64,000 bases of DNA from Nemertoderma westbladi. Taxonomy: Eukaryota > Animalia > Xenacoelomorpha. The notes under the pieces are model-generated. The model was not told the DNA's origin. It did no database searches and worked only from the letters and a program-made list of their open reading frames with translations. The translations under genes were made by a program, and so were the position numbers. This document shows, piece after piece, positions 50,691-63,373 of the stretch; the stretch's first letter is position 1, and each line of letters starts with the position of its first letter. The DNA lies in contig JAUCBJ010007173.1 of NCBI GenBank assembly GCA_032718475.1, positions 124,001 to 188,000 on the forward strand. Direction: 5' to 3'.

Positions 50691-52334
50691 TGAGTTTGAG
50701 CTGCAGTGTTGATATCGTTGATCAAAACGCACATTAAGCATCCATCCAAACGGCGTGAGAATCGCCGCCGGATCCCGCTGCTTATTCTCTCCGAATATGG
50801 TCCTTACTCTCTCGTGGCCCGTCGGACAATCCATTCCGACTATGATGGATACCTTCAAGACGTCCACTTCTGGTATTGAGAAATCGTTATCGTCCAGGAA
50901 CCGTATTGCTCGACCTCGATCCTGGTGGGTCTCCTGGCATTTATGTTAATCGATTCTATAATCTGTATGGGGTCGATGATCGCCCCATAATCACATCCCG
51001 GTGCTATTGCTGATATCTCGCACCGTCCCGTTCTCATCTCCAGGACCTCATCCTTACTCGAGATTGTAGTTACCGCCATCCTACTCGGCCTCGTCTGTAA
51101 CCCTATCTCCTCGGCCACCCAATTCTCCACCAGCGTGAAGGCTGCTCAGCTGTCGACCAGCATCAGTGTCGTGACTGATCGGCCGCCCTTTCCTGTTATC
51201 CTCATTGGTACTACCCCGAGTAGTATTTTACTCTTTCTCCTTCCTCCCGTCGTGCTCGTAGCCATTGTTTGGCTTCCAGTCTCGTCATATTCTGTCAGTG
51301 TTTCTCTACACTCTCCGAATCTGTGTCCCTCTATCGCGCATCGATGACATAGTCCGTTTGTATCCGCGTAGGCTACCCGATCTTGTTTAGGCAACGCTTG
51401 CCAATGCTTACAACTCATGGTCTTATGGGTTCCATCCCTATGCAATTGACATTTGTATCCTGGATTGTAGCGTTCCTTGTATAGCCCTTCACGTATCACG
51501 TGTAGGTTCATATCTACCAGTTTAGTGTTTTGGTTATTTGGACTCGGCCTACTGGGTGTGTTGGGATTATGTTTGTTCGTGTTATTTTGTTTCTGTCCCT
51601 GCCACGGTGTGGCCCTACTCCCAGCTAACTGTGGACTTGTAGTCCCCTGCGTGGCCGCATGTGGTAGCGACTGTCTCACTCTCGGGAATGCATCCTCCAC
51701 TTGTTCCGTAGCCAGATCGGCAGTGCCTGCGATGTCGTGGTGATGTTATTCGATGCATTGAGCTCGTATGGCGCATCCAATGTGTCTTTAGCACGATTAA
51801 CGCTTTCTCGACTTTGTTCGCGAAAGTCTTTATACTAACAGGGTTATCCTGTAGGCCACCTGATGTTATTCCCCTCAGGGTCTGCCGGATGATCTTGGCT
51901 GGGTGTCCCTATTCCCTGTATAGGGCCCGCCATGCAGTCGTGAAGCCACCCTCGATACCTTGATACTGCCTCACGATGTCGTATGCTGGGCCTCCCGTGT
52001 AAACCTGTAAATACTTTAGGCACTCCGCCTGCGTCAGGTTTTTAGTTAGTATTTCATTGCTGTACATGCGTCGGAATTGCAGCTATTCTTCCGGTCTGCT
52101 TCCGTCGAATTTAAATGGCTCAAGTGGTGGTAGCTCGATCCTGGTCTTGAGCGCATCAATGAGTGTTTCCATACCCATCGCCTGTGCTTCCAATGGGTTC
52201 GATGGATGCTGTACAGACTCTCCTGTTGGGTGCAGTTCACCCGTCGGGCCTGTTGACCTTTTCTGTGTTGGATATATCATTGGGGGTAATGGCCCCCTCC
52301 ATATCTCCGTATCGCACGATCTATTCTGATCCAA
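50690..52334 (-). pseudogene. BEL/Pao gag-protease fragment of a different family
   Basis: LPPLEPFKFDG, CQLH..HKTMSC, CHRCAIEGHRFGEC, LMLVDS, IVGMD, AILTPFGW. Confidence 0.8.
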
Positions 52335-52666
52335 GGGGTTCGGTGTTATTATTCTCGGTTGAGTGTATTGCTGATATTGTAATGGGGGAATGTCACCCTC
52401 CCCCCCCCCCCCCCCCCCCCACCGGTGTTATGTTTGGTACTGGGGTTGATGTTAATATATTGGGGACCAGACATCTATCAGCAATAACCCCCCCCCCCCC
52501 CCTCCCCTGGGTATATGTTATGTCCCTGCATATTATAGTCATACTGGTGTGCAGGTAACGGTATAGGCCTATCCACTTCTTGCCTACCTACCGGTATATA
52601 CGCCGCGACTTCCAGATCTAATCCCGTTGTTCGCGCTACCCTATCGCCTACACTATCTCTTCCAGC

Positions 52667-54575
52667 ATGTCCTATAGAAGTGGAATTGAATCCGCTTACA
52701 ACTTCGTTGTGGCCCTAGATCCCAAAAAAGGTAAACTAAGGATGGTGGTTGATGCTTCCGCCAAGACAAACGGCAAGTGTCTCAATGACTACCTATTACA
52801 GGGTCCCAATATCTACAACTCGGGGATTGAAGTTCTGTTAAGATTCAGGAATGGAAAACACGCCTTCACATGCGATATAGAGGGCATGTTTAACCAAGTT
52901 CAGGTGAAGGAGGAGGATAGCGATAGTCAATGCTTCCTATGTTACAATGGTGACGATGAACCATCAACTATACTAATGTATAAGATGGTGGTCCAGAACA
53001 TGGGGGCCAAGTCTTCTTCATTCATTATGACCACAGCAGTGAGAGACACAGTTAAGGACAAGGATCGAGGATGAGTATAGCAAGGAAGCGATCAACATGA
53101 TTCGACGCAGATTCTACGTGGATGATGGAATGGGTTCAGGGAACTCCGTTAAGGAGATCATCGAGATGGGCCGCGAAGTTCACGACATCCTGAAGATCAG
53201 GATTCAACTTGACGAAGTTCCAGTCGAATCCAAAGAATTCATGGAAGCCATAGAGGACATACAAACTGAAGAAAAATTGGATAAACCAATGACAGTGAAA
53301 GAGCAGATTATGGCGGACAAAAGAGTAGAAACACAGCAGAAAGCTCTAGGGATCGTGTGGAACCGGGAGACAGACGAGTTGGAATACCAGCTAAGTCAGG
53401 AGGGTGCCGGGATCCATACAAAGAGAGGCTATGTGTCATACATAGTGAGGATCTACGATCCACTAGGACTAGCATCTCCTTTACTAGTCATGGGGAAACA
53501 AATACTCAAGAAGGTTTACAAGATTAAGGACGAACTTATAGTATGCCACGTGTATACTTCCCGGATGGAGACTTGAGTGATTTGAAGCTACATATGTTCT
53601 CCGATGCATCACTGTAAGCATACGGTGCGGCGCTTTATTTGGTACAGTGAAAAGGGACTCATAAGCCCAGACTAGCGTTTAGTAAAGCGAGGTTGATGCC
53701 ACCAGATTCAGCATCAGTACCGAAACTCGAACTAACAGGTGCGAGGTTGGGAGTGAGAGCGACAGGATATTTGGTAGATACGATACCAAGTATAGTGGAG
53801 ACACTCTACTGGACGGATTCCATGGTGGTGTTAGGATGGCTGCATAAAGAGTAAACGCGCTATCCTATATTCATAGCGAACCAGGTGGATGAGATAAGAG
53901 CGATGATGGACTTGGACAAGTGGCATTACTGCCTGAGGGGGAGGAGATATTCAGCCAGTTAGCGAGGATGATTAAGGAGGCGCCATCACAATCTTAGATG
54001 ATAGAGTCGAGCGATAACCCAACGGATAGGCTACTCGGTTACAGCACTAGCTGGTATAATACGTAGAAGTTAGTGGCATATCTGAGAGAGAGGAGCTGGT
54101 ACAGAGGGGAAACCCAAACCTACCATTGATTTGGAAGAAGCAGCTAATGCAGTAATCCAATACGAGCAAGGGAAGGCATTCGGAGACGAAATTAAATGTA
54201 TTAAGCAATCAATAACTTCTCCGACAGGACAGCAGGATCCATGCGCTGTCGCCACAACTGGATGAGGATGGAATCCTGGTCATAAATTCCAGGGTGGCTA
54301 ATAACACCAGTGCCTTGGTTCCACCAAAGCCAGTAATGATCCCTAACCAGTCACCAATAGTTCACCAGATCCTATGGGACACCCATAAGACCATAATTCA
54401 CGGCGGTACTAAAGTGACCTTAAACGCGATCAGGAGGAAATAGTGGGTGACTCAACTTAGGAAAATGGTGAAGGCAGTAGTGGGGCAATGCATGCTGGCG
54501 GATGAAGAATGAGAGGGCCGTGCAAGAGATGGCACTGCTGCCAACCTCTAGGGTGAGACATCACGACCCACCGTT
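52667..54575 (+). pseudogene. BEL/Pao pol fragment (RT, RNase H, integrase start)
   Basis: KLRMVVDAS, CLNDYLLQGP, CDIEGMFNQV, FYVDD, IYDPLG, HMFSDAS, PKLEL, YWTDS, MALLPTSRV..PPFTH. Confidence 0.85.
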
Positions 54576-56207
54576 CACGCATAATGGCATGGACATGTTA
54601 GTTCGGGATATCTTGACAACTCATCAATCATTATCAGGGCATGATCGCCAGTGGGAAATGGTCCACAAAAATCAAGAGAGACTTTCTGGAATGGGTACTC
54701 TGGAAGGGGATTCATTTGCAGAGGAAGGCGATGGATTGATGGTACAACAACTTTACAGGACAAGCAGTGATGGACCATATTTTCGACTTTTCTGTCGAGG
54801 CATGGAAACCAACATGACTGTCTAATGAAAGCTTTGGTTTTTGAAATACCTTGGTGTCCTATATGAGAATTCAAAAGCATAGCTTCTTCTAGCTATAGGG
54901 GGATAACTACAAGGACTAGACCATCTAGAAACGTTAGTTTGTCTTTCACATGGAAGAAAGGGCAGAGCTGTACATCATTTTCTCTTTCAATCCAGTTTCT
55001 AGAGGTTATTGCTTTACTCAGTTTCTGGAGACTATTTTGCCTACATTCTCGTATATCCTTTAAGGTAACAGCTTCGTTTACAGATGATTGGAATAGAGCA
55101 TGAACATGATTAACAATGTCATCCTCAAAAATATTTGCAGAGGCATCTGAAAATAAAGGGTGTCGAGATAAAAAGTCACTGATATTCTGCTTGCCTTTTA
55201 CATATCTCACCGAATAATTAAATTCCTGGAGGTACATTAGGAACCGTTTGATTCGTATAGACATTTGTTTCAAAGGGCTCATCAACAAGATCTCAAGGGG
55301 TTTGTGGCCAGTGAATATGGTATAGTGCATGCCTAGGATATAACATCGGAAACATTCGGAACCCCACTTTGCAGCCAAGCACTCTCCTTCGATTTGGCTG
55401 TATCGGGATTCAGCTGACGTAGTGGATCGTGAGGCAAACATTCGTGGAATCCATTGGTTGGTTTGCTTATCATATTGAATAAGTGTTGCCCCGAGTCACT
55501 ATTATGGAAATCTACATGGAGTTCTGTTTGGGCATGAGGATCATAATATCCAAGAAGGCAATCATCGGAGATAGATGACTTGAGTTTATCAAATGACTCC
55601 TGTTGTAGTGGTCCCCATTAGAAATGTTAAGGGATCGAAGGGGAGCTGTTAGTTTAGCCAACTCGGACATAAACATGCGAGATGCCCCTACCATTGCAAT
55701 GAGCGATCGATCGCACATCTTCTTTGCTTATGGGGGCTGGCATCATTCGGACAGCAGATACTTTTGATGGATCTGGTTTTATGCCTTGTGGCATAAGTAT
55801 TACACCAAAAAACTTAACTTCAGTTGCATGAAAAATGAATTTGGATCGTTTTAAGGTAACCCCACCATCGACGAATCGTTTCATAACAGCACTCAGAGCC
55901 GCATTCATTCGACCAAAGATTATTATATCATCTGATATGTTTCGAGCACCTCTAATACCTGCAATCAAACGTCGGATTTCGCGATCAAACTCATCCTAGG
56001 CAGATGCTAGTCCAAATGGGAGTCGTTTGTATCATTTATTGGTGATATGCGTATAAAAGGTGGTGAGGTGACGGCTTTCTGGTGATAATTCTAGCTAATC
56101 TTTGCTCCATTAACTGCAAAAAGGATGTTGTCTAAGGTAGGAAGATCGTTCTTGTTGCGGAGGACAGCCTTGTTTACTGCACGGCAGTCGAGACAAAAAC
56201 TTATGGC
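54575..56207 (-). pseudogene. Old Ty3/Gypsy pol fragment, continued at 61354-61490
   Basis: ISDDIII, RYSQIEGECLA, HKPL, HIGHQG..CLSC, LDFCGP. The RT N-terminus resumes across the ATGGC TSD. Confidence 0.85.
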
Positions 56208-56534
56208 TGTTATGTCTTTCAGTTTGAATATAATGAACATATAATAGTCATATAATAATTCCATATAATGTATAGTTATATGTACCGGTATAGCAGTATT
56301 CCATGTAATGTTACATGGGGACTGTCAGGCCATTCCACATACCGCCATACCCAGCCACCAGCTGACTATCCAATATAGATTGCTAAGCAACCATGTAAAA
56401 TAATAATATATCTAAGATATCACATCTCCCTTTCTCCGAGATCAAATGAGTTTAAATGTTTTATATAATGTTATAAAAACCCATCACCGGATTTATGTGA
56501 GATTGGTCTATAGAATAGCTATGTTTTGGGGATT

Positions 56535-59500
56535 CTAGATTATGGTGGTAGCACCAAAATGTACTAAGGGTCTTTGTGAATGCTCGCTGCATCGGGGTTG
56601 TAATGCTAGGGGTTCGTTCGGGGTAGTTTCGATTTTGTTTGGTTGTGGGTTAGGTGTTCGTTCAGTTTGGATGGGTTGTGTTGTGTCTTCCCATAGGAAA
56701 CGGTGGTTGCGCCACCAAACCCGTCCCGATGGGAGTTTAACTCGATAGTCCCGTTTTGGACCCGCGCTGATCACGGTCCCTGTACGCACCCAGTTCCTTT
56801 TTTGAGGGTCCTGGATATGGACCAGCATCCCCACTGCTAGGGGGCGCAGGTCGTTGGTGGAATGGTTGTATTTCTCTTCGGCCTCTAGGCAGAAATTCGC
56901 TGCACGTTGGTCGATTTCGTCTGCCTTCTCCTGCCACTGTTGTGAGTAGGCAGAATGATGTGCGGGAATTCTAGAACGCAGTAGTCTCCCAAAGACTATT
57001 TCATTGGGGGCACGCCCATTGGCGTGGGGGGTGTTTCGAATTTCGAGTAATCCGGTTTTGAATTCTTCAGAGTGTATAGAGTTTCGGGGAACCTTCCGGA
57101 GGAGGTGTTTCACAAGTTTAACTGCGGCCTCCGCGTGTCTGTTGCTGGATGGGAAATGCGGGGTACTTGGACTCCAATTGACACCCCAGCGTTGGAGGAA
57201 AGTGTCAAATGAAGAGGCGGCAAACTGTGTTCCCCCATCTGACCTGAATTTAGTTGGGATTCCTAAGTTTACAAACCATGGTCTAATGACGTTGGAGATG
57301 TCCTTGGATATGGGATCATGTCGCCACTCGTGGACCATGGGGTAACCGGATAGTCTATCGATGTAGACAAGGTAGTGGTTTCGACTGATTGAGAATAGGT
57401 CGGCGGACACGGATTCGAAGGGGCGCTGTGGTAACTCGTCCGTTTTAAGTGATTCTCTCTGGAGACTCGGTCGGAGTTCCTGACATGATTCACAGCGACT
57501 AATAGTTAGTTCGATATCCCGATTCATTTCGGGCCAGTACACTGCCTGTCTCACCCATTGTTTAGTACGCGTCATCCCTTGGTGGGAGGCGTGTAGACGG
57601 TTGAGGATCTCTGGTTGTAGATCTGTTGGGACGTCAATGTGCCGGCCATATAAAACTATGTCATTAGTAATCGTGAGTTCGTGGGCGATTGAGTTGAACT
57701 TCGTCACATATGGAGACGGTTTCTGCCCAGATCGGAAGTTATGTTTTATTTCCTGTATGAGTTCCTGGTAGTTAGGATCTTTAAGCCCGACCATTCGGAG
57801 TTCCTCCAATACCGGATCCATGTTGGCGTCCTCTGCATTCTGGTTAGACAGGATGGAGAAAATGGATGCGATTATAATTGGTTCGATATTTCTGGAGTCA
57901 TCGTCCGGAGTTGGATCGACCACAGGTGAGCGGCTGAGGCAGTCCGCGATACGATGCGACTTCCCTTTAGTCCAGACGACTCGGAACTGGTATTGCGATT
58001 GTAGGTCTGCTTTGATCCGTTGTATCTTCAAGTTCTCGATCTGCGTGATATTATAATCGTTGAAAACCGTAACGAGCGGTCTATGATCACTGACCACCAT
58101 AAATGTTGGAAGCCCAGACAAATAAACCCGACATTTATTTATCGCAAAGTGGATCGCAACTGTCTCGAGTTCGAGTGCTGAGTATCTGGTCTCCGCGTCG
58201 GAGATGAACCAACTTCCACAGGCAACTAACTTCCATAGGTTGCCGTGGAGTTGAAGTAAGTCGTAGCCAAACCCGTGTAATCGACTGGTGTCGGTTTCCA
58301 GACGTGTCTCGGCGCCGGGGTCGAAGGTTGCTAGGATAGGGGTTGTATGAGGGCGTGTTTAACATTAAGGAATGCCTCTTCGTGGTTGCTAGTCCAGATG
58401 AACTGGTTTCGGGTTCGAAGAAGATCTCGTAAGGGGGTTGCGGCGGTACTAATTTCGCTACTAAAGTGTCCAACTTTGTTGACTAACCCCATGAAGCTGT
58501 GGAGGTCCGTTATGTTGCTGGGTGTTGGGAACTCTCCGATGGCCTTTACTTTCTCTGGGTCGGCTTCTATCCCATTCGTGGATACCCAGCGAATTTTACG
58601 CTTTGCTTGGCGAATTGAAATTTGGATGGGTGTAAAGTAATTCCGCCATCGCGGCACTTACCGAGCACTGTCCGGATGTCGCTGTATGTGGTCCTCGAGA
58701 GTTTCGTCTTCAATTATGATATCGTCCATGATTTTATGGACATGAGGAATGCCGTCGAGGGCCATATCACCGCGGAAGTTATAGGAGTCGCCCGCTGATA
58801 TAAAGCCCATGGGCGCCCTGCAGTAGTGGAACCTTCCCCACGGGGTCAGGAATGTAGTGTAGTCCCGGGATTCCTCGTCGAGTTCTACCTGCCAGTACCC
58901 ACTTTTAGCATCGAGGGTAGTGTAGAATTTTGCGCCGGACCTGTGAGTTGAGTTTGGTAAGATCCACTGTCATGCGGATCTCCCCCGGGCGGTTCGGATT
59001 GGGACAGACCACGATTGGGTGGCACCAATCTGTCGGTCTGTCGCCTACCCGCTCAATGATGCCTTTTCACTCCATGTCGAGTAGTTCTCGATATGCCTTC
59101 TCCCGATAGGGAAAGGGAATTGGTATCGCAGCGTACAGGCAGAATGGAGTCGCATTATCAACGAGTTCGATCGTCATCGGAGGCCCAACCATTGTTTGAA
59201 GGCGGCGACCATCCTTGGCGAATACGTCATCGAATTCCTCCATGAGTTTAACTTTAATCGTTTCGGTGTCATCCCGTGGTGTAGTTATTGAGTTTATAAC
59301 CGAAGTCGTAGCGATTGGTGTAGGGAAATCTGGATGGACGACCCCGAGACCCTTACAGGCAGTTAGTGACAGGTAGATGTCACTCCCCAGATCCGGACAG
59401 ATATAAACCCACTCCTTGTGGAGTTTATTTTCGATAGATAGCTCCAACTGGACCATTCCATCGCAGTTGATACGGTCGCTATTTACAGATTCCAGCGGTA

Positions 59501-59573
59501 AATTGGCTTTAATAATTTTCGCACATTTTGGGAGTTCCAGTTCATTCATAACGTTGGTTCCCGCTGCAGTCAC
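56535..59573 (-). pseudogene. pol: pol of second Mag-like element
   Basis: LDAKSGYWQ, IMDD, SDHRPL, HASHQG..CESC, SDGGTQF. Several frameshifts. Confidence 0.88.
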
Positions 59574-59608
59574 CTTAGTGCCGGTGTCTGCTATGCAGCA
59601 TTTGTTTC

Positions 59609-61063
59609 CTATATATTCACCGGATTTGAAGAAATCAATGGCGATAAGCGGCTTGTAACGATCCTAGTGCCGGTGTCTGCTATGCAGCATTTGTTTCCTA
59701 TATATTCACCGGATTTGAAGAAATCAATGGCGATAAGCGGCTTGTAACGATCCTTGGTGTAACCGCCAATGTCTGCTATTTGGATAGCGCCAGTTTTTTG
59801 GGGATGTTTTGATTGGAAACACTGTGAGGCGAAGTGGCCGGATTTTCCACAGTTTTTACAGTTGTGACCACTGGCCTTGCACGGTTTATGTTCGCCATGG
59901 GGCCAGTCACCTCCACAGTATAGACAGAGGCCCCGCTCCTTGGCGTGGCGTATCGTTTTCATAACCGACTCCCTGTTGTTGGAGTTAGAACGGGCGGTTG
60001 ATGGCAACCGATTGCGTCCATCGTTTTTCCCGCGTTTATGACTGCTGCTACGATTCCACGGCCTTCGAGTTTGATTTCCGGCGGTGCGCCCAGAGTTACC
60101 AGCCTGGTCCTCCCTTCTATTAATTGGACAGACTCGTTGGTTTCTAAGCAGCTTAACGTCCTTAGCTGCTGTTTCCCTAGCTCGGAAGAAGTCCAGCGTT
60201 TCCTCTCGGGTTAGAGGAGGGTGCTTTGTAAATATCTCCTCCGGGGATTCATCATCTCTGACTCCACGGATAAGGATTGTTTTTATCCAGTTGTCCGGGG
60301 TCATCGCATTGAGCTCTGCGTCCTCGGCTAGTTCACAGCGGCGTACATAGTAGTCATCAAACGTTTGTCCTTCAGCTTGTTTAAGTTCAACCAGTCTGTG
60401 TCTGTCCACCACGATGTTGCTCTCTGCTCGGAGATATGTTCGTATCTCATCATGGATTTGCCGCAAAGGTTTGTCTGTATCGGGAGGGATGTTGAGACAG
60501 TGGTGGATACGGCTGAGAAACGCGGGCGTGCAGTTGGAGAAGAAGATAGCTGTTTGGTCTCCTAGGGGTTTGGAATCAATGTGTATAATTTTACAATAGT
60601 TATTCCACTGCACCTCCCAGCGCTTGTAACGCTGATAATTGAAACGAGTGTCGAGTTTATCGGGGACTCGGGCCGTGTATTTAACCCCATCACGCCCCCT
60701 GGCATCGGCATTTCGATCCAGTATCAATGCGTTGCTGGTGCCGTATCTGCTTAGGTTAAGCAGTTCAAAGAGTTCCGCTCGCTCTGCTGCCCGTTCTGCA
60801 GCACGGATGCTCTCCCGACGTTCGTCCTCTTCGATCCGTTCCCTTTGCAATAGGGCCAGGATTTCCCCCAGGTTTGGGTTTATGGAAGGAGGTGGTGTTT
60901 CGCCCGATATCACGGCGGATAATTGTTCGTGCAGAACTACTGTTGACGTTTTACTGTTAAATTTGACGTCGGCATTTCGGCAGTGTACGAGGAGAACCAC
61001 GCGATCGAGTTCGTTGATCTCCTCGAGGGTGAGGTCCAGTGGATGAGGTAAATAGCGGTAGCC
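59609..61063 (-). pseudogene. gag: gag-protease of second Mag-like element
   Basis: CLYCGGDWPH..C, CKNCGKSGHFASQC, ADTGT. Interrupted by an 89-bp tandem duplication (59576-59753). Confidence 0.85.
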
Positions 61064-61494
61064 ATTTACCGGTAGTTGTGTTTGTGGGTGTATTTATCCC
61101 TCAAAGGTTCATTAGCCGAATTGGCTAAAAACACACTGCGCCATGTTATGTCTTTCAGTTTGTTTATATAATGAACATATAATAGTCAAATAGTCATATA
61201 ATGTATAGTTATATGTACCAGTATAGCAGTATTGCATGTTACATGGGGACTGTCAGGCCGTACCACATACCGACATACCCAGCCACCAGCTGACTATCCA
61301 ATATAGATTGCTAAGCACCCATGTAAACATAATAATATATCAAAGATATCACAATGGCGAGGGGATCTGGGTCCTGAGGCTTTGACGCAAAGACAAGATT
61401 TGAGACTCACGAAGTGGGAACATCTGTGGGTGCATCCTCAATGACTCCAGATTCTTCCAACAGTTTTAGGTGTTTTTCAAGGGATTCTAAAGTA

Positions 61495-62141
61495 TGCAAG
61501 GGAACCACCAGGAAAGAATGGAGTAAGTTTGTCGATTCGGTGGAGAGGAGCGGATATATGGTTCTGGACGATGAGGGGACCATAGAGGATGAGGATAGGA
61601 CGAGGAAGGGCTCAGGGGGGTTGGGTAGAACTATATTGCTGCATCTAACTGCGCTGAATGGAGATATTTTTCTGTTCGACCTGGGGACCTACGGCAAGAA
61701 AGACGTATCAAAGTTGAACCATCTACCGGATGTGGTGCAGAAGCTGGTGAGATCGAAGACTACGATCAAGATTGGATCGGCGATATGCGACAAAACGGAG
61801 AGGATTATTGGACTGAACACCCTGAGTCTTGCGGATACACAGGTAGTCTATATGGCTATGATGAAGCCAGATGGATTAGGACTGGTGCATATCACGGGAC
61901 AATACTGAGCTGTAGTGATGGGTCAGCTGATGAGACTCGTATGCAACAAGCCAATGGAGTGGAAGAAGTTCCGAGAAGAGTTTGTAGCGGAACTGACGGA
62001 TTCACTCAAGTGGGGCGCGAGACCAGTGAGGGAGAAGTTGTATCACTTCCAAAGGGGGGCGATTAAGACATACCAGAAGAGTTATATCTTACAGGAGGAC
62101 TGGATAATGATTGGGTTAGTGAACCTATTCATCACGGTGGT
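61495..62141 (+). pseudogene. Divergent DEDD-like exonuclease ORF related to the BEL accessory protein
   Basis: KEWSKFVDSVERSGYMVLDDEG, ILLHLTALNG, LPDVVQKLVRSKTTIKIGSAICD and LADTQVV align with the 2135-3284 motifs. One in-frame TGA at 61906, cut by LTR F. Confidence 0.65.
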
Positions 62142-63362
62142 TGTAAAAGCTTTTGCGGAATTGCCCGGTTATTTTCCCCGTAAAGTACTCTGTAGTTGGT
62201 TTAGCAGGCATAAAAGGCCGTGTCATTGCTGTACCGGTGTTTTTAGGGGACATAAAAGTTATTTCTTCTGTATGTGTACTTTGGAGGACATGATTAGCAA
62301 TTCTATGACGCAACGCCCTAGATCCTCTTGAAACAGTGTCGTTACTATGACGACAGCTAACGGCTGAGCTTTACACGTGTAGCTTGCCCGGAGCCTTGCC
62401 TTGGTTCTTTGTTCTGCTCAGCTCAAAATGACGACATCTATCAGCTGTGTCCACGTGGAGCCTTTTGCCATTCGACCAATCAGAGATTCCCTCTTTGTTG
62501 TAAAAGCTGTACAGCAGAATTACAGGATTCAGTACTGACGTTTCCCCCACGCCTAGAACACCGGCCGGAGAATGTTTTCTGACATTAGAGCGTCTTTAAT
62601 TATAAGATCATCAAACGGTTATCACGGTTTTGCACCTCGGCATCTGATTAAGCATCCTGACGTAAACTGCTTTTCGCCGCATTATTTACTGCTATTTACT
62701 GTGTTGTTAATTGTATCGTTCGTTTACTTATTATTATTGGGAAGAATATTGATAACGATCCGAAAACCCAATCTTCTTGATACACTAAGGTTAGAGAGAC
62801 CAGTTACATATAACAATTTGCGACATACATTATCGTGGTTTGTAGTGAGTTCAATGCTACTTAATAGGCCCTACAAATGTCGGTTGTTATTCTCTTTATA
62901 TATGATTAAAATCAGTGAATGTCGGCAATTCAGTGTGCAGTTGTGTGCAATAGTCTGTGTGTGCTTGACCGAGTAACAAAGCATTTCCTAAAGAATGCAC
63001 TTTGGTGATCTATAAGACATACTGTTGTGTATAGTGTAAGTCATAGCTCTGTTTAAATAGATAGAGCGCCACGTCCTAAAGGAACTGCTAATATTTCCCG
63101 AAAGTGAATAATATTCGTCAGAGATTATATATTAACGATCAATCGAATAGTACGGTAGGCCTGCACCGCAATCAAATTAAAGCATCCAAATCCAGTCTCC
63201 CGGGTATATCCAGCGGGTGAATGGTCGCGCACAGACTGGCTTTGGCTAATGTTAGAATTATTATAGGTGTTCAATACTTGTCATAGGCTGGAGTAGATTT
63301 ATAACCTAGAAGACATATAGATTTGGCGGGTTAAACTGCCTAAGGTCTTAAAAGCGCAAACA
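62142..63362 (+). repeat. 5' LTR of third BEL-family element (LTR F)
   Basis: TGTAAAAGC..AAAGCGCAAACA, inverted homology to LTRs A-D, CCAAT near 62476. Confidence 0.88.
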
Positions 63363-63373
63363 ATAACCGTTTG
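63363..63373 (+). other. Non-tRNA primer-binding site of third element (ATAACCGTTTG)
   Basis: Exactly complementary to LTR positions 62612-62622. Confidence 0.8.

Larger units (their letters stand above)
56208..61353 (-). mobile_element. Ty3/Gypsy LTR retrotransposon (Mag-like), decayed
   Basis: LTRs 56208-56424 and 61144-61353, 5-bp TSD ATGGC, PBS TGGCGCAGTGTG, PPT at 56425-56435, frameshifted gag-PR-RT-RH-IN. Confidence 0.93.

Noticed and set aside
61414-61494. N-terminus of the 164-aa ORF as part of the exonuclease protein
   Set aside because: This stretch is the antisense of the old Gypsy RT fragment. The C-terminus of ORF 61915-62331 is likewise LTR sequence.
63000-63362. Group I intron or hammerhead ribozyme in the LTR
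   Set aside because: TCAGAGATTA and AAGACATATAG resemble R and S elements but are not conserved in the other LTRs, and no CTGATGA..GAAA core was found.
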